64,000 nt of DNA, from NCBI GenBank assembly GCA_965208125.1, contig OZ242320.1, positions 4,416,001 through 4,480,000 of the forward strand, in the 5' to 3' direction. Origin of the DNA: Candidatus Latescibacterota bacterium (lineage in GTDB: Bacteria; Latescibacterota; UBA2968). Position numbers and translations under genes: made by a program. Under the pieces are notes generated by a model, which saw only the letters and a list, made by a program, of their open reading frames with translations, was not told the DNA's origin and did no database searches. Each line of letters starts with the position of its first letter. The first letter of the stretch is position 1. This document shows, in pieces, positions 8,717 to 18,798 of the stretch.

Positions 8717-10027
8717 TTAATCATTCCTGTTTTCGCTTTTCGCCAAACTGGCACAAACCAGTTCTTTATCATTGCGAGCGAACACATGTTTATAGGCAAA
8801 CGCAGGATGCGCCCACGTGACACCCCCTCTGCGGTTCAACTGGTCGCGCGTCGGTTCGATCAGTTTCGCGCGGCTGATGATATTCAGCCCGTCCGGCGAA
8901 AGCGTTGTAATCAGGAGTTCTCCGCGCTCATTGAACATCCAGACCTTATCGCCATTTTTGATAAAATGGATGTTGCTCCAGCGCGCTTTTGGAACCGCGG
9001 TGAGGTCTTCCCAAATCCGATCGCCGTTGCGGGCATCGAGACAGCGGAGTTCCCCATAGCTATCCACACCGTAAATATAATCGCCGAGTCGAATCGGGGT
9101 TGACATCGTGGAATGGAGCGCGTCTGTGTTCCGTTCATTTATTCCCTTACGGTGCCAACCGAATTGCATCATCGGCTTATCTGGATCCAGTTTCAGCAGC
9201 AATGAGCCTTCAAAGAAATCAGTGATAAACAACTCGTTTTGATAAAAAACGGGACTTGCGATCCCGATCTCCATGCGAGTCGGTGGAAACGGATGGCGCC
9301 AATGCGTGCTGCCTGTCTGCGGGTTGAGCCCAGCGATATTTCTACCTGTCCAACAGACGAGCACCCGCTCGCCACCCTGTGTAATCACAATTGGAGCTGA
9401 GTAAGATGCGTTGTCTTCAAGGGCTTTCCATTTTTCGGCTCCGGTTTTGCGATCGAAAGCGACGATGCACGCTCCGGGCGTGCCGCCGATTTGTACGATG
9501 AGGTGTGAACCCTCGACAATCGGGGCGCTCGCAATCCCCCAGGTTGGCATCTCAATATTGTATTCGGCGTTGAGGTCTTTTTCCCACTTCAACGTGCCGG
9601 TTGCAGCATCAAAGCAGTGGAGATGCCCCATCGCTCCTAAGGCGTAAGCGAGGCCGTCATGAATGATAACATTGGCTCGGGGCCCGGCGGTATAGTCAAT
9701 TCGGTATTCACACTCGTAGGTGAAGGACCAAATCAATTCCCCTGTTTCCCAGTCGAAACAGTGAACCCGTTCGACCTGTTTCGGTTTCGCGAGACGGTCA
9801 GTAACGTAAACGCGCCCGTCAGCGACGCTCGGGCCGCTATAGCCGCTGCCGATTGGCACTCGCCAACGAATCGGAATCTCCGGTCCGTCAAATGCCTCCA
9901 ATATCCCGGTTTCGCTCCAAACACCGTCCCGGTGCGGTCCCCGCCACTGCGGCCATTCATCGGCCAAAACCGAAGACGTGGGGACAAGCACAGCGAGCAG
10001 CATTAGTTTCAATAGGATTCGGTTCAT
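8717..10027 (-). CDS. Exported PQQ-binding-like (BamB-like) beta-propeller protein
   Basis: Signal peptide, WPQWRGP, repeated CFDxxTGxxxW blades. Confidence 0.85.
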   Translation of the reverse strand: MNRILLKLMLLAVLVPTSSVLADEWPQWRGPHRDGVWSETGILEAFDGPEIPIRWRVPIGSGYSGPSVADGRVYVTDRLAKPKQVERVHCFDWETGELIWSFTYECEYRIDYTAGPRANVIIHDGLAYALGAMGHLHCFDAATGTLKWEKDLNAEYNIEMPTWGIASAPIVEGSHLIVQIGGTPGACIVAFDRKTGAEKWKALEDNASYSAPIVITQGGERVLVCWTGRNIAGLNPQTGSTHWRHPFPPTRMEIGIASPVFYQNELFITDFFEGSLLLKLDPDKPMMQFGWHRKGINERNTDALHSTMSTPIRLGDYIYGVDSYGELRCLDARNGDRIWEDLTAVPKARWSNIHFIKNGDKVWMFNERGELLITTLSPDGLNIISRAKLIEPTRDQLNRRGGVTWAHPAFAYKHVFARNDKELVCASLAKSENRND

Positions 10028-10029
10028 GG

Positions 10030-11382
10030 TTACTCTTGTCTTTTTTTAAAACGCAAATTTTTGACCCGGTTTCCCGTCAGCCTGAACCCTGTAACTTGTC
10101 CCGTATTGTCTCGCGTAAAATAAACTTCCGGGAAAAACCACGCATCTCCGACGAAATGACCGTCGGCACAGGTTAGCGATATGTCGTCATGCCGTCTGTG
10201 TTGCGCCACAAGCCGGTCCCTTTGTACACCAATGGTATAGGTGGTATCGAGTTCTTCGGTGTAATAATCGCCTTCGAATTCTGACAACTGTTCTGGTGAT
10301 AGGGGTTCGGTCTCGTTGCTTTCAGAGGGTTGCTTATCCGGCTCAGGTGCCTCGGGCGCAAGGACATCAGCGAGATAGATATCAGCGATCTTTTTCGCCA
10401 GATTAAGTGGGGTGAAGGTGTCCAGATTGCACAGTATGACAACGCCAAATTTCTGAGCTGGAAAACGTATGAGATGGCTGCGAAACCCCCGCCATGATCC
10501 GCCGTGTCCGACCGTTTTCAGTGCTCTGTACTCGCCGATATCCAATCCGAAGGCGTAACTGATCTGTTTCCCATTATTGAGAACCCCTCGCTGATGAATC
10601 TGCTCAATCACTACCTGTCCGCCTATCCGCGCATCGTCAAAGTTCAGAACCCACTTTGCCAGATCTTCCACGGTTGAATAGAGCGAACTCGAACCGAGAG
10701 CGGTTAAATTGTTCACGGCATTCTTGAACCCGTTATCTTTCACGGACAAATAGGAATACGCCCGGTTCTTCACAATCATCTCGTGGTCATCGTGAAAGTG
10801 GGTGTTGGTCATGGCGAGGGGCTTAAAGATGTTGGCGTCCGTCCATTCGCGAAATGAATCTCCCGTTATTGTTTCAACGATTTCTGCCAGCAGATTATAC
10901 CCCGTATTTGAGTATAAAAACGCTGTTCCAGGCTCGAAGTTGAGTTCTTTTTGACGCCTTGCCATTTTCAAAATATGTTTAAACGAGATCACGTCATCCA
11001 TCTCTCCGCCTGCGATGACGAGTGCCTGTACCCAATCCCGCAAGCCACTCGTGTGATGCACCAGATGTCGAATTGTTATTTTTGTTCCAAAATCCGGGAC
11101 ATCGGGCAAGTGCATCCGAATATCGTCATCCAGCGCGAGTTTCCCTTCATCCAACAACGTGGCGATGGCAAAGCCCGCAAATTGCTTGGAGACCGAAGCA
11201 ATGTCGAAGATGGTTGTCGGCGCAATCGGGATGTCGTATTCCAGATTCGCCATACCGTATCCGCGTTTGTAGATAATTTCGCCGTCTTTGATAACCGATA
11301 GGGCCGCGCCAGGGGTATCTGGCTTGTCCCATTCCGCGAATACACGATCGACTTTTGCCTCAAGTGACTCGTGATTTGTCAT
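10030..11382 (-). CDS. Serine hydrolase, class C beta-lactamase/AmpC-like family, with C-terminal DUF3471-like domain
   Basis: SVSK (SxxK), YSN, HGG; LVHHTSG. Confidence 0.88.
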   Translation of the reverse strand: MTNHESLEAKVDRVFAEWDKPDTPGAALSVIKDGEIIYKRGYGMANLEYDIPIAPTTIFDIASVSKQFAGFAIATLLDEGKLALDDDIRMHLPDVPDFGTKITIRHLVHHTSGLRDWVQALVIAGGEMDDVISFKHILKMARRQKELNFEPGTAFLYSNTGYNLLAEIVETITGDSFREWTDANIFKPLAMTNTHFHDDHEMIVKNRAYSYLSVKDNGFKNAVNNLTALGSSSLYSTVEDLAKWVLNFDDARIGGQVVIEQIHQRGVLNNGKQISYAFGLDIGEYRALKTVGHGGSWRGFRSHLIRFPAQKFGVVILCNLDTFTPLNLAKKIADIYLADVLAPEAPEPDKQPSESNETEPLSPEQLSEFEGDYYTEELDTTYTIGVQRDRLVAQHRRHDDISLTCADGHFVGDAWFFPEVYFTRDNTGQVTGFRLTGNRVKNLRFKKRQE

Positions 11383-12188
11383 TGATCACCTTCTCCTGAG
11401 ATCAGGCCCGTCACTTGCATCGCGGTCCTGGCAATCTCTGAGAGCGCGCATTCGCCGGTGACGCGATCGCCGAGTTCCCGGCTGTAGAGCGCAATCACCA
11501 TCGTCCCGACAGAGGATTCGACGAAGCCGACATCATTGATTACACCCCGATTCGAGCCGGTTTTGGAACCCCAGCGATAGGTCCTGGAGGTCGGCACATA
11601 TCGGCCGATGCGGCGACCATTCTGTTGCTGGGTCAAGGTGGTGAGCATGGCTTGACAGGATGCGGGGGATGCGGCCTGGTCGTCAAGGATTGTCTTGACG
11701 ACGGCAGTGTAGTTATTCGGTGTAGCCCAATTTTCCTGTTCCCCTTCAACCGCGAGACGCCCGCGCATGGGACGTCCGAGAGTGGAGGCGGTCATACCGA
11801 GTTCTCGCATTGTCTCGTTGATGCGATCCATTCCGGCCACTTCAATCAATATGTTGGTGGCGGTGTTGTCGCTGATGGACATCATCAAGTACAGAAGATC
11901 TCCAAACGACAGTTGCAGTCCGGTATGCATGTGTCGCAGCACACCACTGCCGGGGGATTTATCCACAGAGCGGATGATATATGTGTCGTCGAGTGCCAGT
12001 GTGCCGCGATCAATAGCTCTGTAGATCTCGATCATGATCGGAATTTTAACTGTGCTGGCCGCTGGAAACTGATGATCACCCCGTGATGCCCAACTCTCTC
12101 CGTGAGGCGAAATCACACTGACGCCGATCGTGCCGGGCGATTCGTACTCTTTAACCGTTTGTTCCAGCCTGCTCCAGTCTGTGGTCAT
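11379..12188 (-). CDS. Class A beta-lactamase-related serine hydrolase
   Basis: FPAASTVK, SDN, KTG, NDVG; ATG at 12188. Confidence 0.85.
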   Translation of the reverse strand: MTTDWSRLEQTVKEYESPGTIGVSVISPHGESWASRGDHQFPAASTVKIPIMIEIYRAIDRGTLALDDTYIIRSVDKSPGSGVLRHMHTGLQLSFGDLLYLMMSISDNTATNILIEVAGMDRINETMRELGMTASTLGRPMRGRLAVEGEQENWATPNNYTAVVKTILDDQAASPASCQAMLTTLTQQQNGRRIGRYVPTSRTYRWGSKTGSNRGVINDVGFVESSVGTMVIALYSRELGDRVTGECALSEIARTAMQVTGLISGEGDQ

Positions 12189-12196
12189 GTGGCCTC

Positions 12197-13246
12197 TCAA
12201 TCAACAATGGGCAGATGAACCGTTGCGCCGCGTTCGACAGAGCGGAATACTGCTTCGGTGAATTCCATGTATTTCACGCCCTGATAGAAGGTCGATTCGG
12301 CGGGTTTGCCGGTTTTGATCATGTCGATAAAATCTGCCTCAACTGTCCACTCGCGCATGTCGGATGCGGGGACATCCAATTCCTGCAATGCGCCATCATT
12401 CGCTTTGGCACCCAATATCCGTTGCTCGTCCAAAACGGGTGAGGTTTCGTAAATGAGTGTGCCGTCCGTGCCGTAAATTTCAATGGATTCACCCGGCGCG
12501 TGATGCGCGGTACCTGAGAAGAGATAGGCCGCAGTTGCGCCGCTTTCCATTTGTGCCAAAATATTTACGGTGTCTGGGCGGTCAACTGGTCCCGTGCCGT
12601 CCTCTGTAGAGCGTTCGGTGATGTATGTTTCTGCGTGTGCGGATACGGATTTGGTGTAGCCACACCAGCGGTGTACAAATTCCACCAGCATGCCCACGCT
12701 CATGGTGTTTAAGCCGGAGAAGCGACCGATCTGTCGCCAGTGTAGCGGCGTATTGGGATCAATCCCACCGGGCGTCATTGAACGCACGACAATGTTGCGA
12801 ATATCGCCAACATATCCTTCGGCGATCAACCGCTGCATAAACCAGTCGCCTTTTAATGCGTGCGGCGGCTGGCATATCTGGTGCGCGAGTTCAGATTCCA
12901 TTGCTGCCGCATACATGATTTTTGCCTCGCGCAAATTCATTGCCATGCGCGCCTGCACAAATGCATGCTTGCCAGCCTTGAGGGATTCGAGTACAAACTC
13001 GCAGTGTTTATAAGGCCAGGTGCCAATCATCACGGCATCGATGTCATCTCGCGCAATGAGCGCGTAGGGATCGGTCATGAGGTCGGTGCTCAATCCAAAT
13101 TCAGCCGCAATTTTGCCGCCACTCTCTTCACTGCGGTTGCAAATTGCCACGACCTCAGCATCGTCAATTTGGGCCAATCCCGGAAAGTGGCGAGTGCGAA
13201 AAATACCGCCAGCACCAATAATACCAATGCGAATTTTATCTGCCAT
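12197..13246 (-). CDS. Gfo/Idh/MocA family oxidoreductase
   Basis: MADKIRIGIIGAGG start shared with the 7561-8598 paralog. Confidence 0.9.
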   Translation of the reverse strand: MADKIRIGIIGAGGIFRTRHFPGLAQIDDAEVVAICNRSEESGGKIAAEFGLSTDLMTDPYALIARDDIDAVMIGTWPYKHCEFVLESLKAGKHAFVQARMAMNLREAKIMYAAAMESELAHQICQPPHALKGDWFMQRLIAEGYVGDIRNIVVRSMTPGGIDPNTPLHWRQIGRFSGLNTMSVGMLVEFVHRWCGYTKSVSAHAETYITERSTEDGTGPVDRPDTVNILAQMESGATAAYLFSGTAHHAPGESIEIYGTDGTLIYETSPVLDEQRILGAKANDGALQELDVPASDMREWTVEADFIDMIKTGKPAESTFYQGVKYMEFTEAVFRSVERGATVHLPIVD

Positions 13247-13259
13247 TACAACCTCCATT

Positions 13260-14255
13260 TTACGGCATAGTCAAATCTTCGTAGCCCGTCAGGTGATATT
13301 CATATCCCAGATAGTCGAGCAAATTGCACAGGGCGCGGAATGCCACGCCAAAACCATCAATACCACTGAATCCGCCGAATTGTCCACCGCCCTTTACGTG
13401 GGGTTCCAGATCGATAAATACACCCGGTACACCCAGTTCCTGAAATTGGCGTTGCAGGCGCGGCACGAGTGTCTTAAAATCCCGCAGGACCACTTCATGC
13501 CCGGCATCGCCCTGATCTACGGGAATAAACCGCGTCAACCCTCTCTCTGTTGCGCGGTCCAGCATCGGCTGATTGGCCGGTGCGTTGAATCCTTTAATGT
13601 GGATCCATCCCAATCCGGGCTTTGTTTTTTCATATTCGGCAAAAACGCTGTCCGGGCTGTGTCCCATGCTTTCCATATTGCCCACATCCATGATGATGCA
13701 GGTGTTAGGGCTGTCGATCTTTTCGTGCAATGCGATCAGTGTTTCGCCATCTCCACCGATTAAATGCGATTCCACTTCAGAGCCGTAGATCAGCCCCTCG
13801 CTCGCACACAGAGCCACAATTTCTGAGAGTTGGTCAGCCGCTTGATTTAGATGCGGCCAGGGATCGGTCCCATGCGGGTGGTAATAGCTAAAGCCGCGGA
13901 TGAGTTTTGTGTCGAATGCATGGGCGAGTTCGATGGCGCGTTTGACATCTGTCTCCAGATATTCCTTAAACGGCACATAGCGATTTTCAGTCCCGTCATC
14001 TACGTCCAGCAATTTCACTTTTCCAAGTGGAGAACCAATGCTCGATACCGAAATACCAAATTCACCGTGCAATTTTTGGAGTTGTACAATCTCCTGCGCG
14101 GTCAATTCCATTGCGTTTTTTACTCCATTGCCCACGTCGATAAACCGGATTGTGTAATAAGACAAGCCGAGCGCGCGCATCATGGTAAATTGCTCTTCGG
14201 CGCGTTTGCTAACCGGTCCTTCGTCGGCAAAACCCGATAAAATCACCTCTGCCAC
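13260..14255 (-). CDS. Sugar phosphate isomerase/epimerase (xylose-isomerase-like TIM barrel)
   Basis: LSGFADE, SSIGSPLGK, IRGFSYY, D.GN, HIK, DLEPH. Confidence 0.85.
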   Translation of the reverse strand: MAEVILSGFADEGPVSKRAEEQFTMMRALGLSYYTIRFIDVGNGVKNAMELTAQEIVQLQKLHGEFGISVSSIGSPLGKVKLLDVDDGTENRYVPFKEYLETDVKRAIELAHAFDTKLIRGFSYYHPHGTDPWPHLNQAADQLSEIVALCASEGLIYGSEVESHLIGGDGETLIALHEKIDSPNTCIIMDVGNMESMGHSPDSVFAEYEKTKPGLGWIHIKGFNAPANQPMLDRATERGLTRFIPVDQGDAGHEVVLRDFKTLVPRLQRQFQELGVPGVFIDLEPHVKGGGQFGGFSGIDGFGVAFRALCNLLDYLGYEYHLTGYEDLTMP

Positions 14256-14269
14256 AATAATACTCCTTT

Positions 14270-14725
14270 CTATGAATCAGGCCAGTTCACCGGAATCAAT
14301 CGCAGTGTGCCATTACCCCGATTGCAACCTGGTGTAATCTCGATTGTTTGACTCGTCTTGTAATCCGCAGTGTCCAATGTAACGGATATTGCAAAAGTAC
14401 ACGACCCTCCGGCAGCTATTAAAGCAGGTGAACACACCTCTTCGCCCATCCCCAACAGGGCGCCGTTTTCACCCAACACACGTACGAACACTCTAAGGTC
14501 CCCGAGGTCCAAATTTGATTGACTGTCAACCGTACCCCTTATATGGATAACACTGAGAGTTACAGGCGCACCTGTATCGCCCGCAGGCATAGTAACAGTC
14601 TCGCCCGTAATAATTGTACTCAAAACAACTAAATCTTCGGACATAAAGACCTGGGATCCGGTAGTGTCGTCTTTGGAACATCCGAACAAAAAAAAGACAG
14701 ATAAAAAACTAATGATGTATTTCAT
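14270..14725 (-). CDS. Putative lipoprotein (beta-sandwich, FxLYD-like)
   Basis: AAAGGAG RBS before ATG 14725; MKYIISFLSVFFLFGC lipobox. Confidence 0.7.
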   Translation of the reverse strand: MKYIISFLSVFFLFGCSKDDTTGSQVFMSEDLVVLSTIITGETVTMPAGDTGAPVTLSVIHIRGTVDSQSNLDLGDLRVFVRVLGENGALLGMGEEVCSPALIAAGGSCTFAISVTLDTADYKTSQTIEITPGCNRGNGTLRLIPVNWPDS

Positions 14726-14819
14726 CGCAGTCTCCTTTCTTTTTTGATACGCCGCGTTTGACGCAACAATATACACGCCAAAACCGTATCGAGCAAGGGA
14801 GCTATCAGTTATCAGTTGG

Positions 14820-15200
14820 CTACTGACTGATTTCCTCAAAATCAAACGTCACTGCATCCTGCACACCAGACAGACTCGAACGTGGGGCAAATGCCATTGT
14901 CAATGCAATTTTTTGTACCTGTCCCGCGTCAAATCTGGTAAAGCGATGGGTTGCGCGGGCAATTTCTGCGCGGTTTGGGCCGCGCAATCTCCAGGTCATG
15001 ATAAACGGACTGATAATCGGTACTGGTCCCGTATTGACGACATCGGCTGAGATATTGACCCCCACAATATCACCCGCTGGATTGTGGATCGGCGCGCGGC
15101 GCACGTTGGCAATGGACATAAAATTCGAAAGTATTTCATTTTCAGGCGATATGGGAACGCTACCGCAGCCGAGTAAAAGGCATATAATCAGCCACCTCAT
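14820..15200 (-). CDS. Putative lipoprotein (Ig-like/CARDB-like)
   Basis: MRWLIICLLLGC lipobox; VVNTG motif. Confidence 0.65.
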   Translation of the reverse strand: MRWLIICLLLGCGSVPISPENEILSNFMSIANVRRAPIHNPAGDIVGVNISADVVNTGPVPIISPFIMTWRLRGPNRAEIARATHRFTRFDAGQVQKIALTMAFAPRSSLSGVQDAVTFDFEEISQ

Positions 15201-15207
15201 AGATTAT

Positions 15208-15987
15208 TTAACCTCCAAAATATGCCAGGCCTATCAGGCCGATGAGCCAGCAATAGTAGGCAAATTGGGCAAAATACCCGCCACTGAGCAAGCCCAGGAG
15301 CCATCGAATGGCAAATACCCCGGACACATAAGCGACAACAGCACCAACCAGCAGGGGCCATAGCGCGTTCATTTGCGGGGGATGGGCGAGAAAATCGCCA
15401 ATTTCTAATGCGGTTGCGCCCAAAATAATGGGAATGGATAATAAAAAAGAAAATGTTGCGGCTTCGCGACCATCCAGCCCACGCCACAGGCCCATGCCAA
15501 TGGTTGAACCCGATCTGGAAATTCCCGGCAATACGGCGAGTGCCTGTGCAGAGCCGATTAAAATGGCGTCTAAAAATGTAATTTTTACGCGGCCGCCTCG
15601 CGCAAACCGCGTGCTCCACAAAATACAGCCGGTCGCGATTAAGAATCCGCACACGGCGATTGGACTGGCAAAAGTCGCTTTGAGCATGTCTTTGAATAAG
15701 ATTCCCACGACGCCAGCGGGAATGGAGCCTGCGACCAACAGGTAGATTGTGTGCCAGGACGTGCTATCGCGTTTTAAACACCCGGTGATCAAATGGGTGA
15801 TTCGCTTTCGCAATGCGGTCACTACGGCCAGCAATGTTCCAAAGTGTACAATTACTTCAAAGGTGACATTACCTGTTTGAATGCCCCAGGCCGCTTGTCC
15901 CAATGCGAGATGTCCCGAACTGCTTACGGGCAAAAATTCGGTTAGCCCTTGCAATAGTCCCAAGAGCATGGCTTCATAAGGTGTCAA
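15208..15987 (-). CDS. uppP: Undecaprenyl-diphosphate phosphatase
   Basis: QGLTEFLPVSSSGHL and PGISRSGSTI signatures. Confidence 0.95.
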   Translation of the reverse strand: MTPYEAMLLGLLQGLTEFLPVSSSGHLALGQAAWGIQTGNVTFEVIVHFGTLLAVVTALRKRITHLITGCLKRDSTSWHTIYLLVAGSIPAGVVGILFKDMLKATFASPIAVCGFLIATGCILWSTRFARGGRVKITFLDAILIGSAQALAVLPGISRSGSTIGMGLWRGLDGREAATFSFLLSIPIILGATALEIGDFLAHPPQMNALWPLLVGAVVAYVSGVFAIRWLLGLLSGGYFAQFAYYCWLIGLIGLAYFGG

Positions 15988-16798
15988 GAGGTCTCCTCAA
16001 CAATTCTATCACGGGTGTCATAGATGCGTCGTTGCAGATTACGATATCGTAAGCGCGTAGATATGCAGCACTGTTTTCTTCGACTGCTTCGTTTAAAAAT
16101 CCCACGCGAATGACGCAGGCAGCATCGGCGTCGTTCACCATCTGTGCATCTTCTATGGTGTCTCCCAGGAGGAGGACGCAGTCCTGTGGGGCACTTGCAT
16201 GACGCGCTTTGTTAAAGCTGTGGATTACCGGCTCGCAAAATCCCGCTACTGCGCCATGTGTATCGAATATCAATTTGTTTGCCGTTATTGTCACATTTGA
16301 GGTGAGCAATGATCTAACTTTTAAGAATTTTGAGATTACGTTGCCAATACCCGCGGATAAAATTAACAGGGGTATATCTCTGTCTGCCAATATGTTAAAG
16401 AAATCGATGGCACCATCGCGCAGGCGCATGAAATCACGGATAGCAATGTCTTCTATTATATCTTCAGTAAGGCCGTATTTCTGCATCATCGCAAGTGCCG
16501 CTGCCCACCAGTCGCGCATGGCGTTTTGTTTTTCTCGGTGCGAGATTGTCTGCGATATTTCAATGGGGCGATACCGCGCGTACAGACGATCCATTTCAAC
16601 GCGATATGCCTCTCCCAAATAGGCTCCGTGCGCAATTGCCGAATAGGAGGTCGCATCTTGCCCATCTTCTGTTCGCGCTTTTGTCAATGTGCGGTCCCAA
16701 TCGCTGACCACATACAGTTGTTCGGTTTTCGTATGGCTGTTCAATTGCGCGATTTTGCCCTGCAGGGCTACCTCATCAGCAATTAATACATGGTCCAT
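15974..16798 (-). CDS. Pyrimidine 5'-nucleotidase (cN-III/UMPH-1-like HAD)
   Basis: VVSDWDRTLT, Y.PIE...EK..AM.DWW, ILSAGIG, IHSFNK, LLGDTIED, VGFLN. Confidence 0.8.
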   Translation of the reverse strand: MDHVLIADEVALQGKIAQLNSHTKTEQLYVVSDWDRTLTKARTEDGQDATSYSAIAHGAYLGEAYRVEMDRLYARYRPIEISQTISHREKQNAMRDWWAAALAMMQKYGLTEDIIEDIAIRDFMRLRDGAIDFFNILADRDIPLLILSAGIGNVISKFLKVRSLLTSNVTITANKLIFDTHGAVAGFCEPVIHSFNKARHASAPQDCVLLLGDTIEDAQMVNDADAACVIRVGFLNEAVEENSAAYLRAYDIVICNDASMTPVIELLRRPLDTL

Positions 16799-16800
16799 AG

Positions 16801-17997
16801 TTATTGTTCGATCCGCTCGCTAATTTCACCTGTTTCTCTGTCTTTCACAATTCGTTTCAAGCGCCCATCGGGCATGCGTTCGGTTTTCAGGGTGACAAAT
16901 TGCGCGTCTGTTTCTGTCGATGCGGTTTCCCGATCTATTTCACCACCGCGCCATTCCATTTCTATTGGCTCCCATTGCTTTGTTTTTGCCGATTTGTAAC
17001 ACGCATCTATAATTGCATTGACAACATAGCCATCGTACAGGGTCTCCATTGGTTCGCGTCCTTCATCCCAGGCGTTGAACATATCCACGAACATGTCCGA
17101 ATACCCCAGTTCGGCGACTTCGTCTCCCACAGGGAAGAGCCATCCCGTATCGCCTTCGGCTTTTTCCGCCACATAACCTCCTTGTCCCACAGCAGTGAAC
17201 ATGTCAAACCCGGTGCGCAACCAGTGGTTGAGCCAGATTGTTCCTTCTGTGCCCGCGACTTCGTCCCGAAGGTCCATGCCTCCGCGAAATGCCCATCCGA
17301 CTTCAAATTGGCCCATGGATCCATTTTCAAATTTGATTAATCCAATCCCGTGATCCTCTGCTTCGACTGGATGTACGAGTGTGTCGGACCAGCACATCGC
17401 TTCTACTGGGCGAATGCCTTTGCCGATGAAGTTGCGAATGATTTCGATGCAGTGACATCCCATATCGACAATCGCGCCGCCACCTGCTTTGTTTATGTCC
17501 CAGAACCAATCGCTGTGGGGACCGGGATGTGTTTCGCGCGACCGCACCCACAAGATGCGGCCCAATGCGCCGTTTTTCACGGATTCAAGGGCTTTTAAGG
17601 TTTTTGGGGGATATACCAGGTCTTCGAGATATCCGCCAAATACGCCTGCCTCTTCTACTGCATTCAGAATTTGCTGGGCTTCATCAGCAGTGCGTCCGAG
17701 GGGTTTGGTACACAATACGGCTTTGCCAGCCTGTGCCGCGAGTTTTGCAGCTTTGAGGTGTAGATCATTGGGTAAGCCGATTACCACACCGTCGGTTTCC
17801 TCGTCTTCAATTGCGGCTTTGAGGTCCGTTGTCCATCTGGGGATGTCCCATTCTTCCGCAAATGTTCTGGCGCGTTCTTCGGTCCGTGAATACACGGCTT
17901 GCACCCGATCAATGCCCCGATGCCTGTGCAAGGTCATGGTATAAAACATTCCGATCAATCCGGTTCCCAACATGGTCAATTTATGTCCTTCAGCCAT
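16801..17997 (-). CDS. Gfo/Idh/MocA family oxidoreductase
   Basis: [25 protein letters not shown]; AAGGAG RBS before ATG 17997. Confidence 0.9.
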   Translation of the reverse strand: MAEGHKLTMLGTGLIGMFYTMTLHRHRGIDRVQAVYSRTEERARTFAEEWDIPRWTTDLKAAIEDEETDGVVIGLPNDLHLKAAKLAAQAGKAVLCTKPLGRTADEAQQILNAVEEAGVFGGYLEDLVYPPKTLKALESVKNGALGRILWVRSRETHPGPHSDWFWDINKAGGGAIVDMGCHCIEIIRNFIGKGIRPVEAMCWSDTLVHPVEAEDHGIGLIKFENGSMGQFEVGWAFRGGMDLRDEVAGTEGTIWLNHWLRTGFDMFTAVGQGGYVAEKAEGDTGWLFPVGDEVAELGYSDMFVDMFNAWDEGREPMETLYDGYVVNAIIDACYKSAKTKQWEPIEMEWRGGEIDRETASTETDAQFVTLKTERMPDGRLKRIVKDRETGEISERIEQ

Positions 17998-18026
17998 TTT
18001 AAACTCCTTGAAAAAGTTATCAGCAA

Positions 18027-18557
18027 TCACCCAAACAACGTCGGTTGAATCACACCTTCATGCGTTAAGAGAAATTTTTTCTTGTCCATTCCCCCGGCAT
18101 ATCCCGTTAGATGACCGGATGCGCCGATTACGCGGTGACACGGTACCACTATTGCCACGGGATTTTTGCCATTGGCCGCACCCACGGCTTGCGATGCACC
18201 CGCATTGCCCAATGCGCGGGCGAGGTCGCCATAGGTTCGCGTCTCTCCAAAGGGGATATCCAGCAGTAATTTCCATACCCGCTTCTGAAAATCCGTTCCT
18301 CGTAAATCCAACGGCAAATCGAAAACTTTCAGTGTTCCATCAAAATACATCGCGAGTTGTTCGGCCGTCGCATTTATGATCGGATGATTCACTGCGCGAG
18401 GCAAATTTATCTTTGCCTGTTCGGTTTGATCACCTTCAAATGCAACCGCATGTACGCCATTATCTGAGGCCAATACGGTCAACGGGCCCAGTGGACTTGC
18501 CATATCTTCCCATAAGGTCTCTCGCGGCAATTGCTTTAAGATTTGTAAATCTAACAC
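18027..18557 (-). CDS. ogt: Methylated-DNA--protein-cysteine methyltransferase
   Basis: [28 protein letters not shown], active site PCHRV. Confidence 0.93.
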   Translation of the reverse strand: MLDLQILKQLPRETLWEDMASPLGPLTVLASDNGVHAVAFEGDQTEQAKINLPRAVNHPIINATAEQLAMYFDGTLKVFDLPLDLRGTDFQKRVWKLLLDIPFGETRTYGDLARALGNAGASQAVGAANGKNPVAIVVPCHRVIGASGHLTGYAGGMDKKKFLLTHEGVIQPTLFG

Positions 18558-18601
18558 AGTGACCTCCGTGAAAGCGAGATATATCTTATCTTACATTATA
18601 C

Positions 18602-18642
18602 AAAAAAACGGGACGTATGCTCAAAAGAACATACATCCCGTT
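18602..18642 (-). terminator. Rho-independent terminator downstream of the wHTH remnant
   Basis: 13-bp stem aacgggacgtatg/catacatcccgtt (one G-U pair on the minus strand) followed by a T-run on the minus strand. Confidence 0.75.
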
Positions 18643-18663
18643 AGGGGAGAAAGATGGATTGGC

Positions 18664-18798
18664 TTACTCAATCGGCTTAAAACAGTATCCCACGCCTCTC
18701 ACTGTGCGGATCATTTCCTGTGCTGTGCCCAGTTTTATGCGCCTGCGACGAATGTGTGCATCGACCATCCGTCCATTGCCCAGATGGTTGTACCTCAT
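18664..18798 (-). pseudogene. C-terminal remnant of an OmpR/PhoB-type response regulator (winged helix)
   Basis: Manual translation MRYNHLGNGRMVDAHIRRRRIKLGTAQEMIRTVRGVGYCFKPIE*, matching the RxVDxHIxxLRxKL...IxTVRGxGY signature; no receiver domain seen upstream. Confidence 0.75.

Noticed and set aside
8717-10027. PQQ-dependent dehydrogenase (also 59976-63592)
   Set aside because: Only propeller blade motifs were recognised, not quinoprotein active-site features; no pqq genes in the window
10030-12188. Bona fide beta-lactam resistance genes
   Set aside because: No signal peptides and no apparent Glu166 equivalent; fold-level similarity only
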